A stretch of 64,000 bases of DNA from an uncultured delta proteobacterium (GCA_963743865.1 CAVURG010000006.1:2689638-2753637), one strand, 5' to 3'. Positions 31,233-41,732 are shown, counted from the first letter of the stretch. Program-made: numbers and translations. The notes: generated by a model not told the origin, from the sequence alone.

Positions 31233-31460
31233 ATGGGAGCCTGTAAAATATGTGAAAGGCCGAAAGCGGATGTTTGCCTGCGTGATTACGATGGACCCGG
31301 GGAGGCGTACGCAGGCGGAAAGGCAACTGGTCCCGTCACTGGACAACTAGAAACCTGCGATGACTGCCACAAGGATATCGAGGATTCTTGCCGCCCAAAG
31401 CATAACACCGCCGCTAGCAAGAAAAACGACTTGCTTTTGACGCGTCCCGGTCGCCCTTAA
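31233..31460 (+). CDS. small Cys-rich protein (6 Cys: CKIC..C..CDDC..C), zinc-ribbon-like
   Basis: 75-aa ORF lying 4 nt after the A2 stop. Confidence 0.45.
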   Translation: MGACKICERPKADVCLRDYDGPGEAYAGGKATGPVTGQLETCDDCHKDIEDSCRPKHNTAASKKNDLLLTRPGRP

Positions 31461-31620
31461 CTAGGGCCGCCCGCCCCCGCCCCCGCCACCGCCTTCTCGT
31501 GCGCCATCATCTGACCCGATTGTCGCATCCAGCTCAGGCTAATATGGGGCCCCCGGCTCTTTCCCCCCTAACCCGTTCTAACAGGCCGTCAGGCCGCATC
31601 TATTCTTATTTCCTCGCTAA

Positions 31621-31756
31621 GGTGCAGGGGTTACCCCTGGCCGTGGCGACGGCAGCGCAGTATTAAGCAGTTGGCAGGGGCCGCGCCCGCCAACGGCGGG
31701 CGGCCTTAATACTGGGTGCAGAGGGGTCGCCCCTGCAAATCCACGGTGGGTTTCAC
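31621..31756. repeat. composite palindromic intergenic repeat, copy 3 (inverted relative to copy 2)
   Basis: About 90% identical to the reverse complement of 14221-14340, with compensatory stem changes (CCGCCCGCC AAC GGCGGGCGG). Ends CCACGGTGGGTTTCAC. Confidence 0.75.
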
Positions 31757-31770
31757 TAGAATCGTGCGCT

Positions 31771-32721
31771 ATGCGCGCGCTGATATTCGATCGCAATCTG
31801 GAATTTCGCGGCGACTATCCCGATCCCGTCGCTGTGCCAGGCGAGAGTATCGTCCGCGTCCGAGTGGCCGGCATCTGCGGAACCGACCTGGAGATCGCCC
31901 GCGGCTACATGCAATATCGCGGTGTGCCGGGTCATGAATTCGCCGGCCGCGTAGTCGAATCGAAAAACGCCGCGCTCGCCGGACGACGCGTCGTTGGCGA
32001 GATCAACGCGGGATGCGGGCGATGCGCGATGTGCGCTGTCGGTCTCGCGCGCCATTGTCCCAATCGCACAGTGCTGGGAATCCTCGGGCGCGACGGCGCC
32101 TTTGCAGATTTCCTTCGCCTTCCCGACGCCAACCTGAATCCGATTCCCGATTCGATGCCCGACGAGGTTGCGGTATTCGTCGAGCCGGTCGCGGCCGCCT
32201 ACGAGATCTTCGAGCAGGCACATCTGGCGCGCAATCAGACGATTGCGGTGATGGGCGACGGCAGGCTCGGCGCGATTGTCGCGTTGGCGCTCAAGGCCGA
32301 GAAGTACCAGCCGTTGGTCGCGGGCCATCATCGGGAAAAACTCGCGCGGCTGGCTGACCTCGGACTCGACACCACCGAGGAATCTTCTGTGCGGGACAAA
32401 TTCGAGGTTGTGATCGATTGCAGTGGAAGTGGATCCGGTTTTCGGCGCGCAGTCGAACTGCTGCGGCCGCGCGGAAAGATCATACTGAAGAGCACTGCGG
32501 CAGCGGCGGCTGAAATTAATCTGGCGCCGATCGTAGTGAATGAGATCACCGTGATCGGTTCGCGATGCGGCCGCTTTGAGCCTGCGCTCGACGCACTCGC
32601 GGCCGGAAAAATCGATCCTCGCCCGCTGATCGATGGGATCTTCGCGCTCGACGAGGGCCTTAAGGGCTTCGAGGCCGCGAAGAATCCGCTCAATTTCAAA
32701 ATACTGTTGAGAGCGCCGTGA
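31771..32721 (+). CDS. zinc-dependent medium-chain alcohol dehydrogenase
   Basis: GICGTDLE and GHEFAG zinc motifs; Rossmann VMGDGRLG. Confidence 0.8.
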   Translation: MRALIFDRNLEFRGDYPDPVAVPGESIVRVRVAGICGTDLEIARGYMQYRGVPGHEFAGRVVESKNAALAGRRVVGEINAGCGRCAMCAVGLARHCPNRTVLGILGRDGAFADFLRLPDANLNPIPDSMPDEVAVFVEPVAAAYEIFEQAHLARNQTIAVMGDGRLGAIVALALKAEKYQPLVAGHHREKLARLADLGLDTTEESSVRDKFEVVIDCSGSGSGFRRAVELLRPRGKIILKSTAAAAAEINLAPIVVNEITVIGSRCGRFEPALDALAAGKIDPRPLIDGIFALDEGLKGFEAAKNPLNFKILLRAP

Positions 32722-34715
32722 AACAGCGGAGTTCCCGCCCGTTCAGCGGCGGCCGAATCGTCGTCGGGATAGATACGGGCGGCACGTTCACCGATCTGGT
32801 CGCGATCGCCGGCGGTGAAATCCGCGTGCACAAAGTGCTCTCGACGCCGGCGGACCCTGCCGACGCTGTCATCCGCGGCCTGCGCGAGATGCTTGCGGGG
32901 ATCGACACGGCGCCGGAGTCCGTCACCTACAGCTCCACCGTCGCGACCAACGCGCTGCTCGAGAAGAAAGGCGCGCGCGTCGCGCTGTTTACCAACGCGG
33001 GGTTCGAAGACCTTATCGAGATCGGCCGGCAGAACCGCGACGACCTGTACGCGCTGGCGCCTTCGCGGCCCGAGCCGCTGGTCGGCCGCGCGATGCGCTT
33101 CGGCGTAGCCGAGCGCACGCTGTTCGACGGGACCATCATCAAATCGCTCAGCCGCGGTGAACTCGCGCGAATTCGCGGCCGCGCGGCACGGAGCGGCGCC
33201 GACGCGTTCGCCATCTGCCTGCTTCACTCGTACGCCAATCCGAAAGGCGAGGAATCGATCGCGCGGGCGCTGGCGCCTCTCGGACGGCCGCTTACGGTCT
33301 CGCATCGGATTCTCGCCGAATATCGCGAATATGAGCGCTTCTCGACCGCGGTCGTGAATGCGTACGTCGCGCCGCGGATGTCATCGCATCTGAAAAACCT
33401 GGAGACCCGGCTCGAAGGGGCGCGGCTGCGAGTCATGCAATCCAACGGCAGCGCGATCGGCCCGGAGTTGGCGCGGGCGGAGCCGGTGCGAACGATTCTC
33501 TCCGGTCCCGCGGCAGGCGTGATTGGAGCAGCGAGCCTGGCGCGCGCCTTTGGCACCGATCGTTTCATCACGTTCGACATGGGTGGTACCTCGACGGATG
33601 TATCGCTGTTCGATCGCCGCGCGCGAATCCGCACCCTGAGTCATCCCGACGGATACGCGGTGCGCACGCCGGTTATCGACATTCACACCGTCGGCGCAGG
33701 CGGCGGATCGATCGCGCGGATTGACGCAGGCGGTTCGCTCCGAGTCGGGCCGGATAGCGCGGGCGCCGATCCCGGACCCGCGTGCTATGGACGCGGCGAA
33801 TCGTGCACCGTTACCGACGCCGACCTGGTGGCGGGCAGACTGGTCGCGGAAAATTTCCTGGGCGGCCAAATGAAGCTCTATCCGGAGCGCGCCGAGCGCG
33901 CGGTGTCGCGGCTCGCGAGCGAGATGAAAACGAATCCGATTGCGGCGGCGCGCGGGATTATTCGCGTCGTCAACGCGAACATGGAGCGTGCGATTCGCGT
34001 GATCACAGTCGAGCGCGGCTACGATCCGCGCGACTTCGCGTTGCTGGCGTTCGGCGGCGCCGGCCCGATGCATGCGTGCGAACTGGCGCTCGATTTGGGC
34101 ATCGGGCGAATCGTGATGCCGCGAAATCCCGGCCTGCTGTGTGCGTGGGGCGCGTCGAGCGCTCCGTTGGGCCGCGAGTATTCGCTCACGGTGCGCGAGA
34201 CAAATCCGAGCTATCGAGGCCTGCTCGCGCGCGCCTCGCGGCTGGTCCGCCGCGCGCACGCCGAACTCGCGGCTGAAGGAGCGGCCGCGATTCGTCACGA
34301 ACTGTGGGCCGACATGCGCTATCGGGGGCAATCGTACGAACTCGAAATCGCGCTCACGCCCCGATTCGTCGCCGACTTTCACTCGACGCATCGCAGAACC
34401 TTCGGACATTGCGCCGCCAGCGCCCCCGTCGAAGTGGTGAATATCCGAATCCGCGCGGTCGCGGGGGATTCGCTCGCCAGGCCCAGGCGAATCGCGCGCC
34501 AGGCCGGGAAGCCAACGCCGGTTTCACGCGGACGAGCGCTGGTTGGCGGCCGGGAACGCGCGGTGCCGATCTACGAGCGAGGCTCATTTGGCGCAGGCGC
34601 GCGCGTGCGCGGACCGATCGTCGTCGTCGAGCTGAGTTCCACCGCGTACGTCGCGCCGGAATTCATTTTGCGGGTGGACGACTTCGGCAATCTCCAGCTG
34701 GAGGCGGCGCGATGA
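32718..34715 (+). CDS. hyuA: hydantoinase/oxoprolinase A subunit
   Basis: 665 aa; GIDTGGTFTD N-terminus. Confidence 0.8.
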   Translation: MKQRSSRPFSGGRIVVGIDTGGTFTDLVAIAGGEIRVHKVLSTPADPADAVIRGLREMLAGIDTAPESVTYSSTVATNALLEKKGARVALFTNAGFEDLIEIGRQNRDDLYALAPSRPEPLVGRAMRFGVAERTLFDGTIIKSLSRGELARIRGRAARSGADAFAICLLHSYANPKGEESIARALAPLGRPLTVSHRILAEYREYERFSTAVVNAYVAPRMSSHLKNLETRLEGARLRVMQSNGSAIGPELARAEPVRTILSGPAAGVIGAASLARAFGTDRFITFDMGGTSTDVSLFDRRARIRTLSHPDGYAVRTPVIDIHTVGAGGGSIARIDAGGSLRVGPDSAGADPGPACYGRGESCTVTDADLVAGRLVAENFLGGQMKLYPERAERAVSRLASEMKTNPIAAARGIIRVVNANMERAIRVITVERGYDPRDFALLAFGGAGPMHACELALDLGIGRIVMPRNPGLLCAWGASSAPLGREYSLTVRETNPSYRGLLARASRLVRRAHAELAAEGAAAIRHELWADMRYRGQSYELEIALTPRFVADFHSTHRRTFGHCAASAPVEVVNIRIRAVAGDSLARPRRIARQAGKPTPVSRGRALVGGRERAVPIYERGSFGAGARVRGPIVVVELSSTAYVAPEFILRVDDFGNLQLEAAR

Positions 34716-36277
34716 AGCTCGATTCGATCCAGCTGGCCGTAATGAACAGTCGGCTTGCGGCGATTGCCGACGAGATGGGCGTTGTGCTCGGACAGACGGC
34801 GTTCTCGCCCAACATCAAGGAGCGGCACGATTTTTCGTGCGCGATTTTCGACGCGCGCGGCGAGCTGGTCGCACAGGCCGCGCATATTCCGGTGCATCTC
34901 GGATCGACGCCGCTCTCGGTGCGCGCGGCAATTGAGAATCTCGATCTCCAGCGCGGCGACGTCGCTGCGCTGAACGATCCCTTCGCCGGCGGGACGCACC
35001 TGCCCGACTTGACCCTGGTCGCACCGGTGTTTATCGGGGTCGAGCGCCGCCCGTTCGCGTACGCCGCCAACCGGGCGCATCACGCGGATATGGGCGGGAT
35101 CGCGCCGGGCTCGATGGCGCTGGCGACGGAGATTTACCAGGAAGGTTTCCGGTTGCCGCCGGTGAAAATTGTCAGCGGCGGCAAGATCGCTCGCGACGTG
35201 ATGACGCTGTTTCTCGCCAACACCAGAGTCCGCGAGGAGCGCGAAGGCGACCTGCGCGCGCAGATTGCCGCGTTGTCGGTCGGCGCCGAGCGGTTGCTCG
35301 AGACAGTAAAGACGTCGGGACGGAAGACGGTCGAAGCTGCGATGGACGGGCTCAAGGATTACGCGGCGCGCCTGATGACCGCGGCGCTTGCCGAGCTTCC
35401 GCCGGGAACCTATTGCGCGGAGGATTTTCTCGATGACGACGGATTCGGCACGGGTCCGATTCCAATTCGCGCCGCAATCAAAATTGGCGGCGGCAAGGCG
35501 CTCGTCGATTTCACCGGCTCCGCGCCGCAGGTGCGCGGTTCGGTCAACGCAAATTTCGCGATCACCCTGTCGGCGACTTTCTATGTAATGAAATGCCTCG
35601 CAGCGGAGGCCGTGCCCGCCAACGAGGGCCTGATGCGCCCGATCAGCCTCGTCGCGCCGCCGGGCTCGATCGTCAACGCTTTGGCTCCAGCAGCGGTCGC
35701 GGGCGGAAACGTCGAGACCTCGCAGCGAATTGTTGACGTTCTGTTTCGCGCGCTCGCCAAGGCGGCGCCGAATCGAATCCCGGCGGCGAGTTCGGGCTCG
35801 ATGTCGAATCTCACAGTCGGCGGCTTCGACCGATTTCGCGACCGCCATTTTTCTTACTACGAAACGATCGCCGGCGGCGCGGGCGCCGCAAGCGGCCGGC
35901 CCGGCGCGGCCGGCATCCACACCCACATGACCAACACGCTCAACACGCCGATCGAGGCGCTCGAGGCCTACTACCCGATGCGGATCACCGAGTATCGAAT
36001 CCGGCGCGGCTCTGGCGGCCGTGGCCGCGCGCGCGGCGGCGACGGACTGATTCGCGAACTCGAGTGCCTGGTCGATTCGAACGTCAGCTTGCTCACTGAA
36101 CGGCGGACAATCGCGCCATACGGACTCGCCGGCGGATCACCGGGCGCGACGGGGATAAACATTCTGGTGCGCGGCACGCGACGAACCCGGTTACCCGGCA
36201 AAACGAATATCGAGCTCAAAGCCGGCGAGCGCATTCGAATCGAGACGCCCGGCGGCGGCGCCTGGGGCCGTCGCTAA
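34712..36277 (+). CDS. hyuB: hydantoinase B/oxoprolinase subunit
   Basis: Starts MKLDSIQLAVMNSRL with an ATGA overlap on hyuA; hydantoinase_B family. Confidence 0.8.
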   Translation: MKLDSIQLAVMNSRLAAIADEMGVVLGQTAFSPNIKERHDFSCAIFDARGELVAQAAHIPVHLGSTPLSVRAAIENLDLQRGDVAALNDPFAGGTHLPDLTLVAPVFIGVERRPFAYAANRAHHADMGGIAPGSMALATEIYQEGFRLPPVKIVSGGKIARDVMTLFLANTRVREEREGDLRAQIAALSVGAERLLETVKTSGRKTVEAAMDGLKDYAARLMTAALAELPPGTYCAEDFLDDDGFGTGPIPIRAAIKIGGGKALVDFTGSAPQVRGSVNANFAITLSATFYVMKCLAAEAVPANEGLMRPISLVAPPGSIVNALAPAAVAGGNVETSQRIVDVLFRALAKAAPNRIPAASSGSMSNLTVGGFDRFRDRHFSYYETIAGGAGAASGRPGAAGIHTHMTNTLNTPIEALEAYYPMRITEYRIRRGSGGRGRARGGDGLIRELECLVDSNVSLLTERRTIAPYGLAGGSPGATGINILVRGTRRTRLPGKTNIELKAGERIRIETPGGGAWGRR

Positions 36278-36313
36278 ACCCGGACGTGGCGCATCGGCGA
36301 GCGGCCCGCTAGC

Positions 36314-36733
36314 TTGAGCACGATGGCGGAGCAGCAATTCTACGTCGGCATCCATGGCGTTATCGCCAGTCGCGGGCGAATGCTCGTGCTCAAGCGCGCG
36401 CCGGTGATGCCGTATCGCCCCGGAAGCTGGGACCTTCCCGGCGGCCATCTTGCGCTCGGCGAGAGTTTCGAGGATTGCCTGTTGCGCGAGGTCAAGGAGG
36501 AAACTGCGCTTGATGTCGCGATCGACCGCCTGCTCGGCTTGCACAGCATGGTTTCAGAGCCTTATCTGCAGGCGCTCTACTCGTGTCGGTTGACAGTGTT
36601 TCAGAAAGTGCAGCTGCGGCCCGACGAACACGAAGAGCATCGATGGGTCACGCCGGCCGAGCTCGCGAGCCTGGAGTTGATTCCTTATCTCGCGGCAATA
36701 TTGAAGCGCGGTATGCTGAGTTACGTGAAGTGA
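36314..36733 (+). CDS. NUDIX hydrolase
   Basis: NUDIX box GGHLALGESFEDCLLREVKEETAL. Confidence 0.8.
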   Translation: MSTMAEQQFYVGIHGVIASRGRMLVLKRAPVMPYRPGSWDLPGGHLALGESFEDCLLREVKEETALDVAIDRLLGLHSMVSEPYLQALYSCRLTVFQKVQLRPDEHEEHRWVTPAELASLELIPYLAAILKRGMLSYVK

Positions 36734-36749
36734 TCGAGGCGATGCGGCG

Positions 36750-37652
36750 CTATCTTGCTATCAGGCGGCCGCGCCAATAGCCGAAAAAGTTGGCGCATTC
36801 GAGTTCGTGATAAATCGCCCGCTCCGGATCGCCGCGCATCGCGGCAGCCGCCATCCGCACGCCGTTGCGGATCAGCTTGTCGAGGCGATTGTGGTTTTGC
36901 AGTCCCGCAAATGCGGTGCCCATGCCGAAGGCGAAGCTCTTGCGCCGCAGATACGCGCCCGTCATCCGCTCGGGCGGGATCAGATGATGCACGATTGCGC
37001 GCGGTGCAAAACCCATGGCGCCGCCGCGCGCCAATATCCGCGCGAACAGTTCGGTGTCCTCGCCTGAGATAGGATTGCCGCCGACCACGCCGAGGTCCTC
37101 GCGAAATTTCCCGAAACGCGCGAACGCAGAGCGCTTGAACCCGACATTCGCGCTGAAATAATTATCCAACCGCTCGGCAGATGACGTTGGCGCCGACTCG
37201 ATCGTACGCCGGTCGTGAACTGCGAGCTTGACCCACAGGCTCGGCCCCAACCACTTGGGCGGTGGCGACGACCATCGCGGGATGACCATACCGCACGCGG
37301 CGTCCAGGTCGCGCCGGCGCATGTCATCGAGCAGTTCGGCGGCCCAATCGCGCTCGGCCAGTGCGTCGTCGTCGATGAAGAAGATGAAGTCCGACGCGGT
37401 TTCGTCCACCGCACGATTTCGCGCAAAGCTCGAACCCAGGCGCGGTTCGAACACGCACCGCATCGCAAGCGGCGCGCCACGCGCCGAGGCATCGATTACC
37501 GCTGCGGTGTCGTCGGTCGATCCATTGTCGATGACGAGGCAGTCGGCCTCGACGCCCGACGGTATCGCGAGCGACGCGATACTCGCCAACGTCTCGCGCA
37601 CCAGCGCCGCGCGATTATGCGTGGGAATCGCAATTGTGAGTTTGACTGTCAA
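36750..37652 (-). CDS. GT2 glycosyltransferase
   Basis: IAIPTHNRA...VIDNGSTDDT...DDDA motifs. Confidence 0.75.
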   Translation of the reverse strand: MTVKLTIAIPTHNRAALVRETLASIASLAIPSGVEADCLVIDNGSTDDTAAVIDASARGAPLAMRCVFEPRLGSSFARNRAVDETASDFIFFIDDDALAERDWAAELLDDMRRRDLDAACGMVIPRWSSPPPKWLGPSLWVKLAVHDRRTIESAPTSSAERLDNYFSANVGFKRSAFARFGKFREDLGVVGGNPISGEDTELFARILARGGAMGFAPRAIVHHLIPPERMTGAYLRRKSFAFGMGTAFAGLQNHNRLDKLIRNGVRMAAAAMRGDPERAIYHELECANFFGYWRGRLIAR

Positions 37653-37788
37653 TGCGGTCGTGCGCGCCTGCCAAGCGAATCCGTCGCCGCTTCATGCCGC
37701 GTTCCGTCTCCATAATAGCCGAACCGCGCCTCGCATCGGATAACCCGGCACCGCCGCGTAGCTCGGCGCCGCTGCGGCGGGGGCCGCG

Positions 37789-38928
37789 TCAGTTCTTCGC
37801 CGGCGATGGCGCCGCGGCGGGCGATGCTCCCGGCGACGGCGATGGCGCCGCAGGCTTGGGCAGCGGAGCGCCCGATTGCGTGAACACGATCGACGTGACC
37901 GTCAGGTCGGGCGTCGCCTTTTGCTGGATGTCGGCCGGGGCCGTCAGGCGGAAACCGAAGCTGCGCGTCTCGCCCGGCACGAACGGCAGCACCGGACGCC
38001 CGAAGTTGGTGAACTCGAGCGGCGTCGCAATCGGGGTGTGAACCTCGGTGAAGACTTCCTTTTTGGTTTTCCCTTTGCCCTCGGAATACGTGACCGTGAA
38101 CTGAACCTCGTCGATAGCCTTGTCGCCGCTGTTCGTCATCTTGCCGAAAATTCCCGGTACCCGCGATGCCGCCATCTTCATGTCCACATCGCTCAACACG
38201 ATTTTCGGTATGTACGCCTGCGCTTCGGGGAGCTGCTTCTGCGCGTTTTGTATATCCGCCAACTCGCGCCCGTACCGGAACTTGAGGCCCGCGTTGCCGG
38301 TCGCCTGCTCTTTGTCCAGTTCGTCGAGGATTTTCTGATAGGCGGCCGCCGCCTTGTCGTAGTCGTGCTTGTGGTAGAGATCGACGGCGTCCTTGTGTTC
38401 CTTGATGATATTTTCTTTGAACGGGAAATCGACGAACACCCGCCATTCGCCGCCCTGATTCACCATCACCATATTGTCGTCGTAGCTGACCTTGGGGTAC
38501 GTGTTTTCGGTCAGGTTTTTCTGCGCGATCGAGTCGGGGGTCTGATCTCCGCCAAGTGAAGCATCCACCGTCCGCTCCCAGAGTGCGAGATCGGGCCGCG
38601 TCACGCTGACCGTGACGATCGCCTTGTCGCCGTCGGTCTTCGCCTCGCCAACCTTGTAGTCATAGGTGCGCAGCACGCCCTTGAACCAGTCCTTGCTCAC
38701 GTCAGGCGCCATCGGGATTTCGCCGAGGAACTGATCCATCGTGCGATCGACCTGGTCCTGATGCGACAGCGCCTCGTAGCAGGCCGGGTAATTGTAAAAT
38801 TTCAGGTTGCTCAGATAGGCTTCCGCCGCGCGCTGGGGCGTATGACCCTGGCATCCCGCCACCAGAAACGCGCAAACCACGCCGGCCGCAAGCATCGCAC
38901 CCTTGGCCTGAATTCTGCTCATTGTCAT
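37789..38928 (-). CDS. hypothetical lipoprotein
   Basis: Lipobox LVAGC after an N-terminal signal; Pro/Ala/Ser-rich C-terminal tail; no recognised domain. Confidence 0.5.
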   Translation of the reverse strand: MTMSRIQAKGAMLAAGVVCAFLVAGCQGHTPQRAAEAYLSNLKFYNYPACYEALSHQDQVDRTMDQFLGEIPMAPDVSKDWFKGVLRTYDYKVGEAKTDGDKAIVTVSVTRPDLALWERTVDASLGGDQTPDSIAQKNLTENTYPKVSYDDNMVMVNQGGEWRVFVDFPFKENIIKEHKDAVDLYHKHDYDKAAAAYQKILDELDKEQATGNAGLKFRYGRELADIQNAQKQLPEAQAYIPKIVLSDVDMKMAASRVPGIFGKMTNSGDKAIDEVQFTVTYSEGKGKTKKEVFTEVHTPIATPLEFTNFGRPVLPFVPGETRSFGFRLTAPADIQQKATPDLTVTSIVFTQSGAPLPKPAAPSPSPGASPAAAPSPAKN

Positions 38929-39322
38929 CGTCGAAATTCCTCTTCATGCGAGCCGCAAACGGTTTGATTCTAATGTCGCTCCCACCAAAAACAAGCTCGG
39001 CTCGACGGCAGTTTCCACCCCTGGCCGCCATCTCGGGGGGCAACAGTCTTGCTTATCAGAAAGAAGGCGCGCTATGCGAACGGCCGCCGATCCGCCGTTC
39101 ACGCCGCGGCCGGCATCTGCTTGAGTTCAGCGACGTTGCCCTCGGCGCGATTCTGATCGTGGGCATCTCAGAACAACTAAATACGAAAAACGTGATCGAA
39201 TTGCGCGGCCTTGAGTGGAATTTCCATACCGACTCTCCCGGACTATAACTCTGATCCCGATGCTTCCAACATCCTCGCCGCTTGATTGCCGCTCTTGCGC
39301 CAACCATCATTCCTGAACCACG

Positions 39323-40555
39323 ATGCTCTCCAGCCACGCCCCGGCCCTCGCCATATTCGCCCTGACCTACGCAGTGATCGCGCTCGGCGAAATTCCGTGG
39401 CTGCGCATCGATCGCACCGGCGCCGCGTTGGCGGGCGCGGTCGCGATGGTCGCGTCTGGCGCTCTCAGCGGAGCCGCGGCCGAGCGCGCCATCGACTTCC
39501 ACACGATTGCCCTGCTGCTCGGGATGATGATCGTAGTGGCGAACTTGCGCCTCTCTGGCGCCTTTGCGTTCTTCGCGCGCGTGCTGCTGAGGAGGGCGCG
39601 CTCTGGCTTCGGGATGCTTGCGATGACCGTCGCCGCGGCGGGCTTGCTCGCCGCGTTTTTCATTAATGACGTTGTCTGCCTGGCGCTCACCCCTCTGATA
39701 ATCGACGCCGCCGAAATTGCGGACCTCGATCCCATCCCGCTTTTGTTGGGACTCGCGACCGCCAGCAACATCGGCAGCGCCGCGACGATCACTGGCAACC
39801 CGCAGAACATGATCGTCGCAGGCTTCGCGCATCTCGGCTACTCCAGCTTCGCAATTCACCTGGCGCCGGCCGCCATCATCGGCCTCGTGATCGATTTCCT
39901 GGTGATCGCCGCGGTTTACCGACGATCGATCGGAGCGCCACGTCGGCCCCGTAACGCCCCCGCTCCACGCACGCTTCGCGTCATCCGCCCGCTGATGATC
40001 AAATCGTCGATCGTCGCGCTCGGTGCGTTGGCGATGTTCGTCGCCGGCTATCCTACCCACCTGGTCGCGATGAGCGCCGGCGTGATCCTGCTGTTCACCC
40101 GGCGAATCAAGCCGCATCGCGTGTATCGGTTGATCGATTGGACGATGCTCGCGATGTTCACCGGACTCTTCATCGTGGTGGCCGGTTTCGAAACCACCGG
40201 CTTCCAAACCGAAGTCTTGAGCCTGGTCGGCGTTCAGCGGTTGACCCATCCCGTCACCCTGACGGTCGTCGTCGCGATCCTTTCCAACCTGGTCAGCAAC
40301 GTGCCCGCCGTGCTGCTGTTCCGTCCGCTCTATCCGATGCTTGGCGGCGGCCGCGCGCTTGCGCTGTTGATCGCGAGCGCGAGCACCTACGCGGGAAATC
40401 TTACCCTGGTTGGATCGATCGCCAATCTGATCGTGGTCGAGCAGGCGCGGTTCAGGAGGATTGACGTGACCTTCGTCGATTACTTGCGCGTTGGCGTGCC
40501 AATCACGCTGATCACGCTGGCGATCAATACTGCGTTTCTGGCGCTCTGGCCCTAG
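39323..40555 (+). CDS. ArsB/NhaD-superfamily anion permease
   Basis: 410 aa; 10-12 TM helices; internal repeat typical of ArsB/YbiR-type permeases. Confidence 0.6.
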   Translation: MLSSHAPALAIFALTYAVIALGEIPWLRIDRTGAALAGAVAMVASGALSGAAAERAIDFHTIALLLGMMIVVANLRLSGAFAFFARVLLRRARSGFGMLAMTVAAAGLLAAFFINDVVCLALTPLIIDAAEIADLDPIPLLLGLATASNIGSAATITGNPQNMIVAGFAHLGYSSFAIHLAPAAIIGLVIDFLVIAAVYRRSIGAPRRPRNAPAPRTLRVIRPLMIKSSIVALGALAMFVAGYPTHLVAMSAGVILLFTRRIKPHRVYRLIDWTMLAMFTGLFIVVAGFETTGFQTEVLSLVGVQRLTHPVTLTVVVAILSNLVSNVPAVLLFRPLYPMLGGGRALALLIASASTYAGNLTLVGSIANLIVVEQARFRRIDVTFVDYLRVGVPITLITLAINTAFLALWP

Positions 40556-41732
40556 CCGCTTGCGCAGCCCGCGGCGGAAACCAAAAACGCTCGACTTCGG
40601 TGGCGCGGACCACGTCGTCAATCATCCGCGGGATATCGAATCGCGATTCCGCCGCCTCGACTTCCTCGATTCGCGCCCGCGTCTCGGGATGCGCCGGCAC
40701 AAACAGCGTGCAGCAGTCCTGATCGGGCAATATCGATGTCTCAAAGGTGCGCAGCCGGCGCGCCTGATCGATAATCTCGTTTTTGTCCATCCCGACCAGC
40801 GGCCGCATGACCGGAAACGCCGCCGCCTTCTCGATCACCGCCATGTTTTCCAGCGTCTGCGAGGCGACCTGCCCCAGGCTCTCGCCCGTTACCAGCACCG
40901 TCGCGCCTGAACGCTCCGCAAGCGCGCTGGCGATTCGCAGCATGAAGCGCCGGTACAGCACCACGCGCAGCGGACGCAGAGTGTTCGCCACGATCTCGCG
41001 CTGCAAGTTTCCAAACGGCGCCAGCATCAGCGTCGATCGCGCTTGCCATCGCGTGAGATGAGCCGCAAGCTCCGCCGCCTTCTCCCGGCTCGCCGCCGAA
41101 ACGATCGGATACGCATGAAAATGTACGAAGTCCAGCCGAAGCCCGCGCCGCATCATTCGATGCGCCGCGACCGGCGAATCGATCCCGCCCGACAGCAGCG
41201 CCAATCCACGTCCCGTCACCCCCACCGGAAGTCCGCCCGCACCCGGCATCTTGCCCGCCGACACGTACGCGGCGTCATTCATTATCTCGATCGATATCGT
41301 GAGCTCGGGCGCGCGCAGATCCACTTCGAAGCCGAGCGCCTCCTGCACTTCACCGCCGACCGCTCGATCTATTTCCACCGAATTCATCGCGAACCGCTTG
41401 TCCTCGCGCTTGGTCCGCACCGCAAATGTCCTCGCACTGCTTCCGGTCGCGAGCTTGATCGCTTCGCGCGCGATCGATTCGATGTCGCGAGCGGTCGCAT
41501 GGCTGAGCGAGAAGTTCTGCAGCCCGAAAATCAAAGCCGCGCGCTCGGCGGCGGTTTCGTCGCTAAGCTCCTCGGGAATTTGCACCATCAGGCGCGGCCC
41601 GACGCTGCGGATATTGCCCAGCCGGTAGTCGCCGAATATATCGCGCAGATTCTGCTTGACCTGATCCACGAATCGCCATTGATTGCGGCCTTTGAGCGCG
41701 ATCTCGTGGTATCTGCCAATCAAATATCGCAT
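40524..41732 (-). CDS. thiI: tRNA 4-thiouridine(8) synthase ThiI
   Basis: THUMP N-terminus; PP-loop LLSGGIDSPVAA. Confidence 0.8.
   Translation of the reverse strand: MRYLIGRYHEIALKGRNQWRFVDQVKQNLRDIFGDYRLGNIRSVGPRLMVQIPEELSDETAAERAALIFGLQNFSLSHATARDIESIAREAIKLATGSSARTFAVRTKREDKRFAMNSVEIDRAVGGEVQEALGFEVDLRAPELTISIEIMNDAAYVSAGKMPGAGGLPVGVTGRGLALLSGGIDSPVAAHRMMRRGLRLDFVHFHAYPIVSAASREKAAELAAHLTRWQARSTLMLAPFGNLQREIVANTLRPLRVVLYRRFMLRIASALAERSGATVLVTGESLGQVASQTLENMAVIEKAAAFPVMRPLVGMDKNEIIDQARRLRTFETSILPDQDCCTLFVPAHPETRARIEEVEAAESRFDIPRMIDDVVRATEVERFWFPPRAAQAARARAPETQY

Noticed and set aside
39056-40621. 521-aa minus-strand ORF overlapping the ArsB/NhaD permease
   Set aside because: Antisense to a well-supported 12-TM permease; Arg/Asp/Gly-rich low-complexity translation.
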